NCBI GenBank assembly: GCA_964606305.1 | Contig: CAZSGJ010000002.1 | Coordinates: 27,749-91,748 of the forward strand | Direction: 5' to 3' | From: an uncultured Armatimonadia bacterium | GTDB taxonomy: Bacteria > Armatimonadota > Armatimonadia > Armatimonadales > Armatimonadaceae | Length of the DNA stretch: 64,000 nt | In this document: piece by piece, positions 28,970 to 37,733 of the stretch | Layout of the letters: the number at the start of each line of letters is the position of its first letter | Numbering within the stretch: the stretch's first letter is position 1 | Notes under the pieces: model-generated | What the model was told of the DNA's origin: nothing | What the model saw: only the letters and a program-made list of their open reading frames with translations | Database searches by the model: none | Translations under genes and position numbers: made by a program

Positions 28970-30671
28970 TACGCGGGTATGCCGTCGGTATGTCAGTTAC
29001 CTCATACTCGAGATTCTCAATGTGTTCGCGGTCCGCTTCATTGTTCGGGTCGAGAACCTGAACAAAGCGCTCGAGGCGTGCCGGTCGATGCGCTGCCGCA
29101 ACAAGATCCTTCGTACGCTTATCATCAGGCGAACCGACGACGTGCACGATGACAGGCATTGCGAGTGCACGGATACTTGCAAGTGCAAGTCCCGCAGCGA
29201 GGAAGCCCATTTGTGGTGCGGCGACCTGTAATGCTGTGATGTTCTGCGTTCCGGTGGTGCGGTACTCCTCTTCGCCCGTTGCAAGGAAGAGCCTTAGGAA
29301 TGCATCAGCAGCAATCATATTGTCTGGCAAATCCTTTGTACCGAACTTCAGATGTCCAAGGGCATCTTCGCGAATCGGATGATCATGGAAGGCTCCGCCA
29401 GCACGGTCACTGAGTCGATTTTGCATCCAAACAGCCACCAGCTCACCAAGCATCAACCACTTGTCACCAACTCCAGCCTCGTAGAGATCAACCGCCGCTG
29501 CCAGAATGCGGGACGCATCCACAAGCAGACCTTCCGATGAGCCATCGGCTTCGGAGTGCCTTGGACATCCATCCTCAGCAACAAGGTTAGCAACTCGCTC
29601 CATGACGGCGACCGCTTTATCAAGCGCTGCACTATCGCCCGTGGCCTGCCAGTAGGAGTACCAAGCGCGTGCTGCCTGAGCATTTGCGCCCGAGACAAAT
29701 GTTTCGTCTATTGCGGGAGAGTTCCATTCGCGGCGTTCATCTTCTGGCTGTGAGTAATATTCGCCATCCGCGTACTGGCTTGCGCCATAACCTGCCCCGT
29801 CAATTGCAAGCTGTGTGTCAAGGTAACCAAGCGTGTCTGTGGCGACATCCAGCCAAGCACTGTCACCAGTTGCCTGATAGACACGCGCTGCAGCGCGCGC
29901 AATTCCAGCATTGTCATCCAACAATTTTTCAATCATCGGATTACGCCAGTCAGCGGTCTGGCAGTAGCGGAAGAATCCGTGGTTTACGCCGTCATGCAGC
30001 TCACCGCGCGTCAGGGACATCAGGGTGCGATCCAGCATGAATCGCAAATCCGGATCCCCTGCCCCTTCGCGGTACGAACGAACAAGAGCATCAGCAACCA
30101 GGTCAAGAACATCCACATGTGGGAACTTTTGTCCTGAGTGGCCAAAGCCGCCGAACGCAAAGTCGAACTCGAACTTTGATGCCATCAGGATATGCAATGG
30201 AAGTTGCGGTTGCAGTGGCGCACTTGGATCGAATGCGGGAGGAGTGTTCTGTTGACGCACCTGCAGTCGCAGCTGCGTGATGTGTGCGTTGAGAGCATTC
30301 TTGTCACCGCGATACTGTGCCAACACTTGCGGGAGAAGCTGCGCCATATGTTCACGTGGCAACGCGTTTCCGCCCCAGAGCAAGTCACCCTCACCGGTCA
30401 GGATACAAGTCGATGGCCATCCACCCTGTGTATAACGGGCATTGATTTCTGGTCGCACATCCGAGTCAACGCGAACAGGGATGTAGTTTTCATTAATGTA
30501 AGAAGCAATCGCCTCATTCGCATAGACATCGCTGTCCAGCTGCGCACAAAACTGACACCACTTAGCAACAATGGACAAGAGGACGGGTTTGTCCTGATCC
30601 CGTGCGTCTTCGAATGATGCATCCGACCACGGACGCCATTGAACCAAACTCATATTTTGACCTGCTCTCAT
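28893..30671 (-). CDS. Thioredoxin-domain protein of the DUF255/YyaL family
   Basis: N-terminal DUF255 thioredoxin-like region (DKPVLLSIVAKWCQFC) followed by a long alpha/alpha-toroid-like region. Confidence 0.8.
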   Translation of the reverse strand: MRAGQNMSLVQWRPWSDASFEDARDQDKPVLLSIVAKWCQFCAQLDSDVYANEAIASYINENYIPVRVDSDVRPEINARYTQGGWPSTCILTGEGDLLWGGNALPREHMAQLLPQVLAQYRGDKNALNAHITQLRLQVRQQNTPPAFDPSAPLQPQLPLHILMASKFEFDFAFGGFGHSGQKFPHVDVLDLVADALVRSYREGAGDPDLRFMLDRTLMSLTRGELHDGVNHGFFRYCQTADWRNPMIEKLLDDNAGIARAAARVYQATGDSAWLDVATDTLGYLDTQLAIDGAGYGASQYADGEYYSQPEDERREWNSPAIDETFVSGANAQAARAWYSYWQATGDSAALDKAVAVMERVANLVAEDGCPRHSEADGSSEGLLVDASRILAAAVDLYEAGVGDKWLMLGELVAVWMQNRLSDRAGGAFHDHPIREDALGHLKFGTKDLPDNMIAADAFLRLFLATGEEEYRTTGTQNITALQVAAPQMGFLAAGLALASIRALAMPVIVHVVGSPDDKRTKDLVAAAHRPARLERFVQVLDPNNEADREHIENLEYEVTDIPTAYPRIGENPLAPTIDAETLRETVDQASIA

Positions 30672-30817
30672 GAATCTCGGTCTAGAGCCATCTGCCCTAC
30701 ACGTTTAATGTTGTCGGATTATATCGCTGTGTTCATCCCGGTGATTTGACGGTAGGGATAGTGATGCATGGTAAAATCCCGCCCGGAAATGGGGAATTTT
30801 CCCTATAGGACGGTTGC

Positions 30818-31594
30818 ATGGCTCTACTAGAACTCACCAAGGTTGTAAAGCGTTTCGGGGGTCTGACTGCTGTAAACGATGTCAACCTTGCGATTGAGGA
30901 AGGGACTCTATGTGGGCTGATTGGTCCCAACGGAGCCGGCAAGACGACTGTCTTCAATTTGCTGACGGGTGTGTATGCACCGACAGAGGGCGACATTCGG
31001 TTTAATGGCGCTAGTATCGCAGGTTGGAAGCCGTATCGCATCTCCCGCGCAGGTATTGGCCGCACCTTCCAAAACATCCGCTTGTTCGGTGAGCTATCGG
31101 TTATAGACAACGTAAGGACAGCGCTTTCCGTCAGTGATGACCCGGGTCTGGTGCACGCCTTTCTCCGCACTTCCAAATGGGAGCAGCGGGAAAAGTCTAC
31201 GACTGCCGAAGCTGAACGTTTGTTGGACCTGTTGGATTTGTCTGATGTCGCATCGGAGCAATCAAACAGCCTTCCCTACGGACGTCAGCGTCGCCTTGAA
31301 ATTGCGCGTGCGCTTGCGACACGCCCCAAGCTCCTGTTATTGGATGAACCTGCGGCTGGCATGAATCCGCAGGAGTCCGCAGACCTCATGCATTTGATCA
31401 GACGCCTTCGTGATGAATTCGGCGTCACAATTCTCCTTATCGAACACGACATGAATGTTGTGATGCAGGTATGTGAAAAGATCACAGTCCTTGTCTACGG
31501 TCAACCTATTGCTTACGGAACGCCGGCAGAAATTCAGGCTAACCCGAAGGTTATCGAGGCATATCTCGGAACCACATCGGAGGATTCAATATGA
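30818..31594 (+). CDS. livG: Branched-chain amino acid ABC transporter ATP-binding protein (LivG type)
   Basis: Walker A (GPNGAGKTT), the signature region (LPYGRQRRLEIARAL), Walker B (LLLDEP) and the LivG C-terminal motif (VIEAYLG). Confidence 0.88.
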   Translation: MALLELTKVVKRFGGLTAVNDVNLAIEEGTLCGLIGPNGAGKTTVFNLLTGVYAPTEGDIRFNGASIAGWKPYRISRAGIGRTFQNIRLFGELSVIDNVRTALSVSDDPGLVHAFLRTSKWEQREKSTTAEAERLLDLLDLSDVASEQSNSLPYGRQRRLEIARALATRPKLLLLDEPAAGMNPQESADLMHLIRRLRDEFGVTILLIEHDMNVVMQVCEKITVLVYGQPIAYGTPAEIQANPKVIEAYLGTTSEDSI

Positions 31595-32310
31595 GCGTAG
31601 CCCTGCACCTTGAAAACCTCGATGTTTCCTATGGTGCCATTCAGGCGCTTCGAGGCGTTGATGTCACAGTAAACCAAGGAGAAATCGTCACACTCATCGG
31701 TGCTAATGGCGCAGGTAAGAGCACATTGTTGCGTGCAGCATCCGGTATGGTCCGTGCCAAGTCGGGACGTGTACAGTTCCTGGGCGAGGATATTACGCGA
31801 CAGTCAATAGCATCGATCGTTAGTCGTGGATTAATTCACTGCCCGGAGGGCCGACGGATTTTTGCCAACATGTCAGTGAAAGAAAACCTTGAGCTTGGCG
31901 CTTATTTGCGTAATGACAAGCAAGGCATAGCTGATGACTACGAGCGTGCTCTGAATTACTTTCCGAGATTGCGTGAAAGACTCGCGCAAAGCGCAGGCAC
32001 GCTGTCGGGAGGCGAGCAGCAAATGCTGGCAATAGGTCGGTCACTCATGAGCAAGCCAAAGTTGCTGATGCTTGATGAACCGTCTCTCGGACTTGCGCCG
32101 CTATTGGTCCAGGAGATTTTCAGGATTATCGTCACTATCAACGCCGAAAGCGGTACGAGTATTTTGCTGGTTGAGCAAAATGCTAACCAGGCTCTCGCCG
32201 TTGCCCATCGTGCATATGTTTTAGAGACGGGTACGATCACCCTTTCGGGAAATGCTGCGGACCTGAAGTCAAATCCGGACGTCCAAAAAGCTTATCTGGG
32301 ACACAGTTAG
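31591..32310 (+). CDS. livF: Branched-chain amino acid ABC transporter ATP-binding protein (LivF type)
   Basis: Walker A (GANGAGKST), LSGGEQQM, LMLDEPS and C-terminal KAYLG. Overlaps livG by 4 nt. Confidence 0.88.
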   Translation: MSVALHLENLDVSYGAIQALRGVDVTVNQGEIVTLIGANGAGKSTLLRAASGMVRAKSGRVQFLGEDITRQSIASIVSRGLIHCPEGRRIFANMSVKENLELGAYLRNDKQGIADDYERALNYFPRLRERLAQSAGTLSGGEQQMLAIGRSLMSKPKLLMLDEPSLGLAPLLVQEIFRIIVTINAESGTSILLVEQNANQALAVAHRAYVLETGTITLSGNAADLKSNPDVQKAYLGHS

Positions 32311-32486
32311 GCATTTCACTGTTTCAAACGGTTGCCTGAGCACATTGCCGGGTTGACATTTGTTTATAAATGTGCAATGATTCCAAACTAATGTTGCTCC
32401 GGCACCAGCAGTACCCGGTTCGGTGAAACGACATCGGGGTGAAATGATTCTGTAAAGAGACTATAAAGGCTCATAAGGATATATCC

Positions 32487-33290
32487 ATGCAAAATACCCG
32501 CAAGCAATCAGCATTTACACTGATCGAGCTTCTTGTCGTAATCGCAATCATCGCGATCCTCGCTGCAATCCTCTTCCCAGTTTTTGCACAGGCACGTGAA
32601 AAGGCCCGTGGCATCTCCTGTGTCAGCAACGCTAAGCAAATTGGCACCGCTGTCATGATGTATGCTCAGGACTACGATGAAACCATCATCCCATGGTTCA
32701 CCCGCTCCGGACTGCCACGCACATCCCAGCGTGCTGACCTCAACTCCTGGGTCATCAATCTACAGCCGTACATCAAGAACGGTGCACCTCGTGTTCTGAA
32801 CACAACCGCACTTGACTTCCAGAATGTTGAAGCACAGGGAATGTTCAAGTGCCCATCATTCAACCCGACCACGTTCCGCGCAGCTGCAAACATGCCAGAC
32901 TGCGATGGTCCTGGTGCTCTTGATGCTTGGATTCCAGCACGTCTGTATCACGCAAACTACGGAATTGGCTTTGGAGCTATCTTCGGATCCTGCACTCAGG
33001 CTGATCCATATTCGGCATTTGGCGGCAGCCGTGAAACAGCAATCATGTCTTTGGCCGCTGTTCAGCGCCCAGCGGAGACGGTTGAAGTTACCGATGGATT
33101 CACCGGTATCATCCAGTCCGGTGGATTTGGAACAACCATGGGCTGTGAAGCAGCGAATAGCCACACCGGTGGTGGAACGCACATCTTCCTTGATGGCCAT
33201 GCCAAGTGGATTGCCCGCAACTCCGAGCGGTACATCCAACAGGGTCCTGATGGATGCTGGTTCAAGACGTACTACACAGCTGACCGCTAG
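32487..33290 (+). CDS. DUF1559 (H-X9-DG) protein with prepilin-type N-terminal methylation domain
   Basis: N-terminus [35 protein letters not shown] and C-terminal [16 protein letters not shown] (H-X9-DG). Position -1 is Ala rather than Gly. Confidence 0.9.
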   Translation: MQNTRKQSAFTLIELLVVIAIIAILAAILFPVFAQAREKARGISCVSNAKQIGTAVMMYAQDYDETIIPWFTRSGLPRTSQRADLNSWVINLQPYIKNGAPRVLNTTALDFQNVEAQGMFKCPSFNPTTFRAAANMPDCDGPGALDAWIPARLYHANYGIGFGAIFGSCTQADPYSAFGGSRETAIMSLAAVQRPAETVEVTDGFTGIIQSGGFGTTMGCEAANSHTGGGTHIFLDGHAKWIARNSERYIQQGPDGCWFKTYYTADR

Positions 33291-33306
33291 TTAGGTGTCA
33301 AATTAG

Positions 33307-33342
33307 CACGGTGGTCACGACTTATTGTGGCCACCGTGTTTT
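33307..33342 (+). terminator. Intrinsic terminator after the DUF1559 gene
   Basis: 12-bp stem CACGGTGGTCAC/GTGGCCACCGTG (one G-U pair) with an 8-nt loop, then TTTT. Confidence 0.75.
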
Positions 33343-33357
33343 CGTTAAGGGGACTGT

Positions 33358-33648
33358 ATGTTAGCTACACTCAACAAGGGACAAAAGATTGCGTTGGGTA
33401 CTGCGCTTGCAATCGTTATTGGTGGCATTATCGTCATGACGATTCTAATGAAGCCGGATGAGCAGAAGCCAAAGGCGGGTGTCGTCTACTATGAAGGCGC
33501 GATGATGAACAAATCGCGTACGATGTTGGTCGATGCTAAGGGAAACATCATCAAGAAGCTCGACCCGAATCGTCCGGATAAAGATGGAACGGCCGTAAAT
33601 CCAGGAAGCTCGAACAATCCGACTCCCGATGAAAAAGTATCAAACTAG
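33358..33648 (+). CDS. Small membrane-anchored protein (96 aa), paralogue of the next ORF
   Basis: Has a single N-terminal TM segment (IALGTALAIVIGGIIVMTIL), then KPDEQKPKAGVVYYEGAMM. That motif recurs in the next ORF. Confidence 0.55.
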   Translation: MLATLNKGQKIALGTALAIVIGGIIVMTILMKPDEQKPKAGVVYYEGAMMNKSRTMLVDAKGNIIKKLDPNRPDKDGTAVNPGSSNNPTPDEKVSN

Positions 33649-33661
33649 GAAGGTCAACATA

Positions 33662-33823
33662 ATGAACAGTAAGTTTTTGCGCCTAATCGCTGCAGTTAGT
33701 TTGCTATCACTGGTAGGTGTATTCGCCGCATCCTGCTCAAAGCCTGAAGAAACTAAACCTAAGAATGGCAGCTACTATGAAGGTCCGATGAAAGCAAAGG
33801 ATGCTACAGGCTCCGGAAGCTAA
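33662..33823 (+). CDS. Small putative lipoprotein (53 aa), paralogue of the previous ORF
   Basis: AGGAAGG RBS before ATG 33662. Has a signal peptide with a lipobox-like FAAS|C, then KPEETKPKNGSYYEGPM. Confidence 0.5.
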   Translation: MNSKFLRLIAAVSLLSLVGVFAASCSKPEETKPKNGSYYEGPMKAKDATGSGS

Positions 33824-33847
33824 GTCCTATTCATACATAAATCAGTG

Positions 33848-33886
33848 GCCTGAGATTGGATCGCTTGTTCCAACTCAGGCTTTTTT
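33848..33886 (+). terminator. Intrinsic terminator (T6) after the small-protein genes, abutting the hflX stop
   Basis: Stem GCCTGAG(A)TTGGA/TCCAACTCAGGC with an 8-nt loop, then TTTTTT. Confidence 0.8.
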
Positions 33887-35210
33887 ATGTCTGTAACCAA
33901 AATGGCGTTTCCTTGGGCGTGACATCAAACGGTGTCAACTCGATGTAAAGTGCATCGGGTAAATCAACTGTCAACTGGACGCCTTTATCAACGTACTCAA
34001 GGGAATGCACAATACCGTGCGCATGGCACTTTGCTAACAGATCTGAGCGGTCATATGGAAGCAAAACAGTCAATGTACGTACCAGAGACTTTAGTACGTC
34101 CGCTATCGCTGCCATTAATGACTCCATTCCGTCTCCTGTACGAGCTGAAATCGAGCATGAATTGGGTACGGTTGCCATCAGTGCAGACAACCCTGAAAGG
34201 TCGTCGACTGCATCCCGTTTGTTGAAAACAGTGATGATTGGCTTGTTCGCAGCCCCGAGGTTTTCCAAGGTCTCAAGAACTGTGTCGCGATGACGGTCTG
34301 CTTCATCACTACTTGCATCAACAATGTGGAGCAGCATGTCGGCATCGTTGACCTCCTCGAGCGTTGCCCTGAATGCGGCCACCAGATCGTGCGGAAGGTT
34401 TCGGATAAACCCAACGGTGTCGGTCAGGAGAATGCCACGTCCATCCGGGAGGTTCACACGCCTAGTCGTTGGATCTAGCGTTGAGAACAGCATTTTGTCC
34501 GCCAGAACAGCTGCATCGGAGAGTTTGTTCAGGATAGTTGACTTTCCGGCTGATGTATAGCCGACAAGCGTTGCGGTCGGAAATGGCAAATCTTTTCGCC
34601 CTTTGCGCTGAAGACGTCTCTTTTTCTTTACATCTTCAAGTTCCCGCTGTAGCTCCAAAATGCGCTCGCGCACCTTGCGGCGGTCGAGTTCGAGTTTTGT
34701 TTCACCTCCGCCTCCCCGTACGCCTATACCTCCCTGTTGCCGCTCAAACTTTGTGTACAACATGCTTAACCGAGGGAGCAAGTAGGACATTTGAGCTAAT
34801 TCAACCTGAAGTTTACCTTCGCGTGTTCTCGCACGTTGGGCGAAGATGTCCAGGATGAGCTGTGTACGATCGATTACCCGACACTTAAGTGCCTCACCGA
34901 GGTTCCGTTGCTGTGTGGGAGATAATTCGTTATCGAAGACAACGATCCCCGGAGTGTGCACCGAGACCTCATCAACGATTTCCTGAACCTTACCCTGCCC
35001 TACAAGCGTTGCCGGGTCAAGGCGGCGTTTACGCTGAGCAAGTGTCGATACAACCGTAATGCCCGCGGTATTCGCCAACTCCTCAAGCTCGAGCAGGCGG
35101 ACATCAATCGAATCGATATGTTCATCGGTTTCAACTGCAACCAACATTCCGAATATTTCTACTTTAGTCAGATGACCGCGTTCATTCAAGCTTGTATAAC
35201 CCTTTTCCAA
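33885..35210 (-). CDS. hflX: GTPase HflX
   Basis: Has the HflX N-domain, the Gly-rich GGIGVRGGGGETKLE motif and a G domain (GYTSAGKST, DTVGF, NKRD). The start appears to be TTG. Confidence 0.93.
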   Translation of the reverse strand: MEKGYTSLNERGHLTKVEIFGMLVAVETDEHIDSIDVRLLELEELANTAGITVVSTLAQRKRRLDPATLVGQGKVQEIVDEVSVHTPGIVVFDNELSPTQQRNLGEALKCRVIDRTQLILDIFAQRARTREGKLQVELAQMSYLLPRLSMLYTKFERQQGGIGVRGGGGETKLELDRRKVRERILELQRELEDVKKKRRLQRKGRKDLPFPTATLVGYTSAGKSTILNKLSDAAVLADKMLFSTLDPTTRRVNLPDGRGILLTDTVGFIRNLPHDLVAAFRATLEEVNDADMLLHIVDASSDEADRHRDTVLETLENLGAANKPIITVFNKRDAVDDLSGLSALMATVPNSCSISARTGDGMESLMAAIADVLKSLVRTLTVLLPYDRSDLLAKCHAHGIVHSLEYVDKGVQLTVDLPDALYIELTPFDVTPKETPFWLQT

Positions 35211-35271
35211 ATTCTACCGTTTGACGGATGGACACATTGACATCAAGTAGCAGGTGTGCTAACCTTGGCGA

Positions 35272-35337
35272 TGTGTGATCTCCTTTTCTCTCCACGATTG
35301 TGGAAGCGGCACTACATACGTGGTGCCGTCTTTTTTT
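35272..35337 (+). ncRNA. Candidate small RNA (about 66 nt) bounded by a promoter-like element and a strong intrinsic terminator
   Basis: TTGACA (35237-35242), a 17-nt spacer, then TGcTAACCT (35257-35265). The predicted transcript has a CU-rich stretch CUCCUUUUCUCUCC and a hairpin TCCAC-GATT-GTGGA. It ends in an 8-bp terminator stem (35307-35328) followed by TC and T7. Both flanking genes are on the opposite strand. Confidence 0.3.
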
Positions 35338-35345
35338 GCCACACG

Positions 35346-35999
35346 TCAAACTCCGATACTTAGCACTAATGCTTCTACATCAAACCCAGCTGCCACCAGC
35401 GCATCCGCCGCGGCTCGCATCGTCGCTCCGGTTGTTCCGATGTCATCGACCAATAAACACTTTCGATACATCTGAGCATTCCGGTGACCAACATTGACGT
35501 TGAATACAGTATCAGCATATCGATTGCTTCGGTCCGTCATTGACAATGATTGCTGCGACTTGCCCCCCAGCCTCGTAAACGCTCTCGTCTGCAATAGTGG
35601 AAGATTTGCCACCTTTGAGATCTCGCATGCAATGAGGCGTGCCGGATTGTAGCCACGTTTCCACGTTCGCCATGGATCTCCCGGCATTGGAATGACCACA
35701 TCAGTCCCTTCCATCCACGCTGCATCTCTGATGCGATTCACAACCGCTGAGGTAAACCGGACGAGTCTCCATGGCTGATCTTCATACTTTGCCTTATGAA
35801 GCACTTCCTTTACAGCGCCGGAATACTCCGTAAGAGCGCGTAAACCGCTGAATGAGCGTAAGTCATGCGATTCCGAAAACGGGAACAGCGTCACCTGGTC
35901 TCGGCATGCCGCGCACAACCACTGATTGCCCCATTTGTCACAACAGGAACACTGACAAGGAAACATCAACTCTGCCAAGGTGTCCATTGTGAACCGCAT
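35346..35999 (-). CDS. comF: ComF-family phosphoribosyltransferase-fold protein (ComFC type)
   Basis: N-terminal zinc-finger-like Cys cluster (CQCSCC...CAAC) and a C-terminal PRTase motif (LLVDDIGTTGAT). Confidence 0.85.
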   Translation of the reverse strand: MRFTMDTLAELMFPCQCSCCDKWGNQWLCAACRDQVTLFPFSESHDLRSFSGLRALTEYSGAVKEVLHKAKYEDQPWRLVRFTSAVVNRIRDAAWMEGTDVVIPMPGDPWRTWKRGYNPARLIACEISKVANLPLLQTRAFTRLGGKSQQSLSMTDRSNRYADTVFNVNVGHRNAQMYRKCLLVDDIGTTGATMRAAADALVAAGFDVEALVLSIGV

Positions 36000-36002
36000 T
36001 CT

Positions 36003-37697
36003 TTACTCCAATCTCGAAAACCTGTCCTGTAAGCCGGAATCGTTGACCATTGCCTCGGCAAATTGAATCCGTGCGCGAATTTCTCTGTTGTCCGGTATCC
36101 ACTTCAACACTTTGCGATATCCAAAGAGAGCACCAGAAAAGTCTTTGGCATCGTAGCGTGCATTGGCATCCTGCAACGTTCGTTCGAGATTTATTTTGGA
36201 ATGTAACTCCTGGATATCGTTGCTGACAAGCCCTGCTTTTCCCGCATCAACAGCAAGCATTGCAGCCAAGTCGAGATTCCCAGACGCTATATGTCTTGTC
36301 ATCTCGTGCAGGACCCGCATTGCAACACTGTCTGCATATGCTTTGGTATCGCGTGCAATTTCCGGTCCGACGACTACAAGCTCTGATATTCTCTGAATAC
36401 CAGATAGTTTGTTCAGTTGTTCCACGATGTCATCCGAATTTGCCATCAATGCACGATGTAGCTGCGTTGTGGTTGCATCGACAATAGCACGTGAGAACAC
36501 AGCGGGCAGTAATGTCTTTCCGGGAGAGCTTGTCACTTGCTTTAGAAAGTCAAGGAATTCTGGAAAGGCAACGGCACTTAATGCAACTATGAGCTCACAA
36601 GCTGCCAATGATGCCGATTCTGAAAAAGCCACGGTTTGGTTCTTCACCCACTTGCCACAGAAGTCGCTTATTGCTCGCGGGCTGTCTCCAGCGGACACGA
36701 ATTTTCTGAATGACTCGAGAGCAGCAACCTCAGAGACGGCATTCTTCGCAACCGAATCAATCTCGAAGCGAAAAATAGAGCCATCCCGGGTACTAACACC
36801 AAGATAGTTTCCACTCGGAGACAAAGAGATTCCGGATGGGCATCCGGTATCGATTAGAAGTTCCCAGTCCCGTAGAGCATCATTGTCCCCCACAAAAACA
36901 ATCTTGCCCGATCTGGCATCGACAGCTATCGGAATGACTACCGTCTCTCCACCAGGCAAAACTGAGATTCCGCATGGCTCGCCATCAATATCAGCGACGA
37001 GTCGGTATTCCCCCGTTGGGTCAATCACTTTGGCCTTCATTTGATTGTCAACCATGTCACGGCCAACGATTGCCATTGTGGACTCATTGTCGATGCACAG
37101 GCTACTTGGAAATAGTCCTGAGTGTACGGTTTGTACGACATCACGCGTATCCGTCAAAATGTAAACTTCCCCAGCCGTGCCAGCGACTGCGATGAACTTT
37201 CCATTCGGCGAAATGGCAACGAGGTCCGTGGGATGCTGAAGATCCTTAGTCCAGATCAGGCGATTACTGCTGTCACCCAATCCAACGGCATACCCATTCA
37301 TCAAGAGGTCACTCGCGACATATGCAAAGCGACCATTGTCGGCAAGAGCGATGGAGTGATAAGCCAGTCTACGATCTGTTAGAAACCTGGTCTTGCGGCC
37401 TTGATTAAAAATGTAGAAATCGTCATCCGTAATCCCGATACCTATCGTCCCATCGGGGCAAAGCTGTAAATTGCGCAGAGTTTCCACTGAGACTGTCTCA
37501 ACGATGGACGGTCTGTCAGCCGAACAATGCTGCGTAAAGTGTAGAACGCGGACCTCATAGTCATCGGGTACGGCAACAGTAAGAGAGCCATCATCCCCGA
37601 TAGCATTTGGATGGATAGCGTACGTACCCCGCGCTTTGCGCTGCGAAAGTAGACGGATGTCGGCGATAGTTGTCACAAGCAGGCATTTTACCCTCAC
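36003..37697 (-). CDS. Hypothetical cytoplasmic protein: N-terminal beta-propeller-like repeats plus a C-terminal helical/TPR-like region
   Basis: 564 aa with no signal peptide. Repeated beta-strand blades are visible (SPNGKFIAVAGTAGEVYIL, SLSPSGNYLGVSTRDGSIFRF). The C-terminus is TPR-like (YDAKDFSGALFGYRKVLKWIPDN). The stop lies 3 nt before the comF start. Confidence 0.6.
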   Translation of the reverse strand: MRVKCLLVTTIADIRLLSQRKARGTYAIHPNAIGDDGSLTVAVPDDYEVRVLHFTQHCSADRPSIVETVSVETLRNLQLCPDGTIGIGITDDDFYIFNQGRKTRFLTDRRLAYHSIALADNGRFAYVASDLLMNGYAVGLGDSSNRLIWTKDLQHPTDLVAISPNGKFIAVAGTAGEVYILTDTRDVVQTVHSGLFPSSLCIDNESTMAIVGRDMVDNQMKAKVIDPTGEYRLVADIDGEPCGISVLPGGETVVIPIAVDARSGKIVFVGDNDALRDWELLIDTGCPSGISLSPSGNYLGVSTRDGSIFRFEIDSVAKNAVSEVAALESFRKFVSAGDSPRAISDFCGKWVKNQTVAFSESASLAACELIVALSAVAFPEFLDFLKQVTSSPGKTLLPAVFSRAIVDATTTQLHRALMANSDDIVEQLNKLSGIQRISELVVVGPEIARDTKAYADSVAMRVLHEMTRHIASGNLDLAAMLAVDAGKAGLVSNDIQELHSKINLERTLQDANARYDAKDFSGALFGYRKVLKWIPDNREIRARIQFAEAMVNDSGLQDRFSRLE

Positions 37698-37733
37698 CTT
37701 TGTACATGTGATGAATCATCGTTAGAATGGATT

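Noticed and set aside
30786-30797. GGGAA-TT-TTCCC inverted repeat just upstream of livG, considered as an operator
   Set aside because: The arms are short (5 bp), there is a single copy, and there is no supporting promoter geometry.
35275-35497. Two plus-strand ORFs of 65-66 aa overlapping the comF 3' end
   Set aside because: They run antisense through comF and past a strong terminator and have low-complexity composition. The plus-strand signal here fits a short non-coding transcript better.
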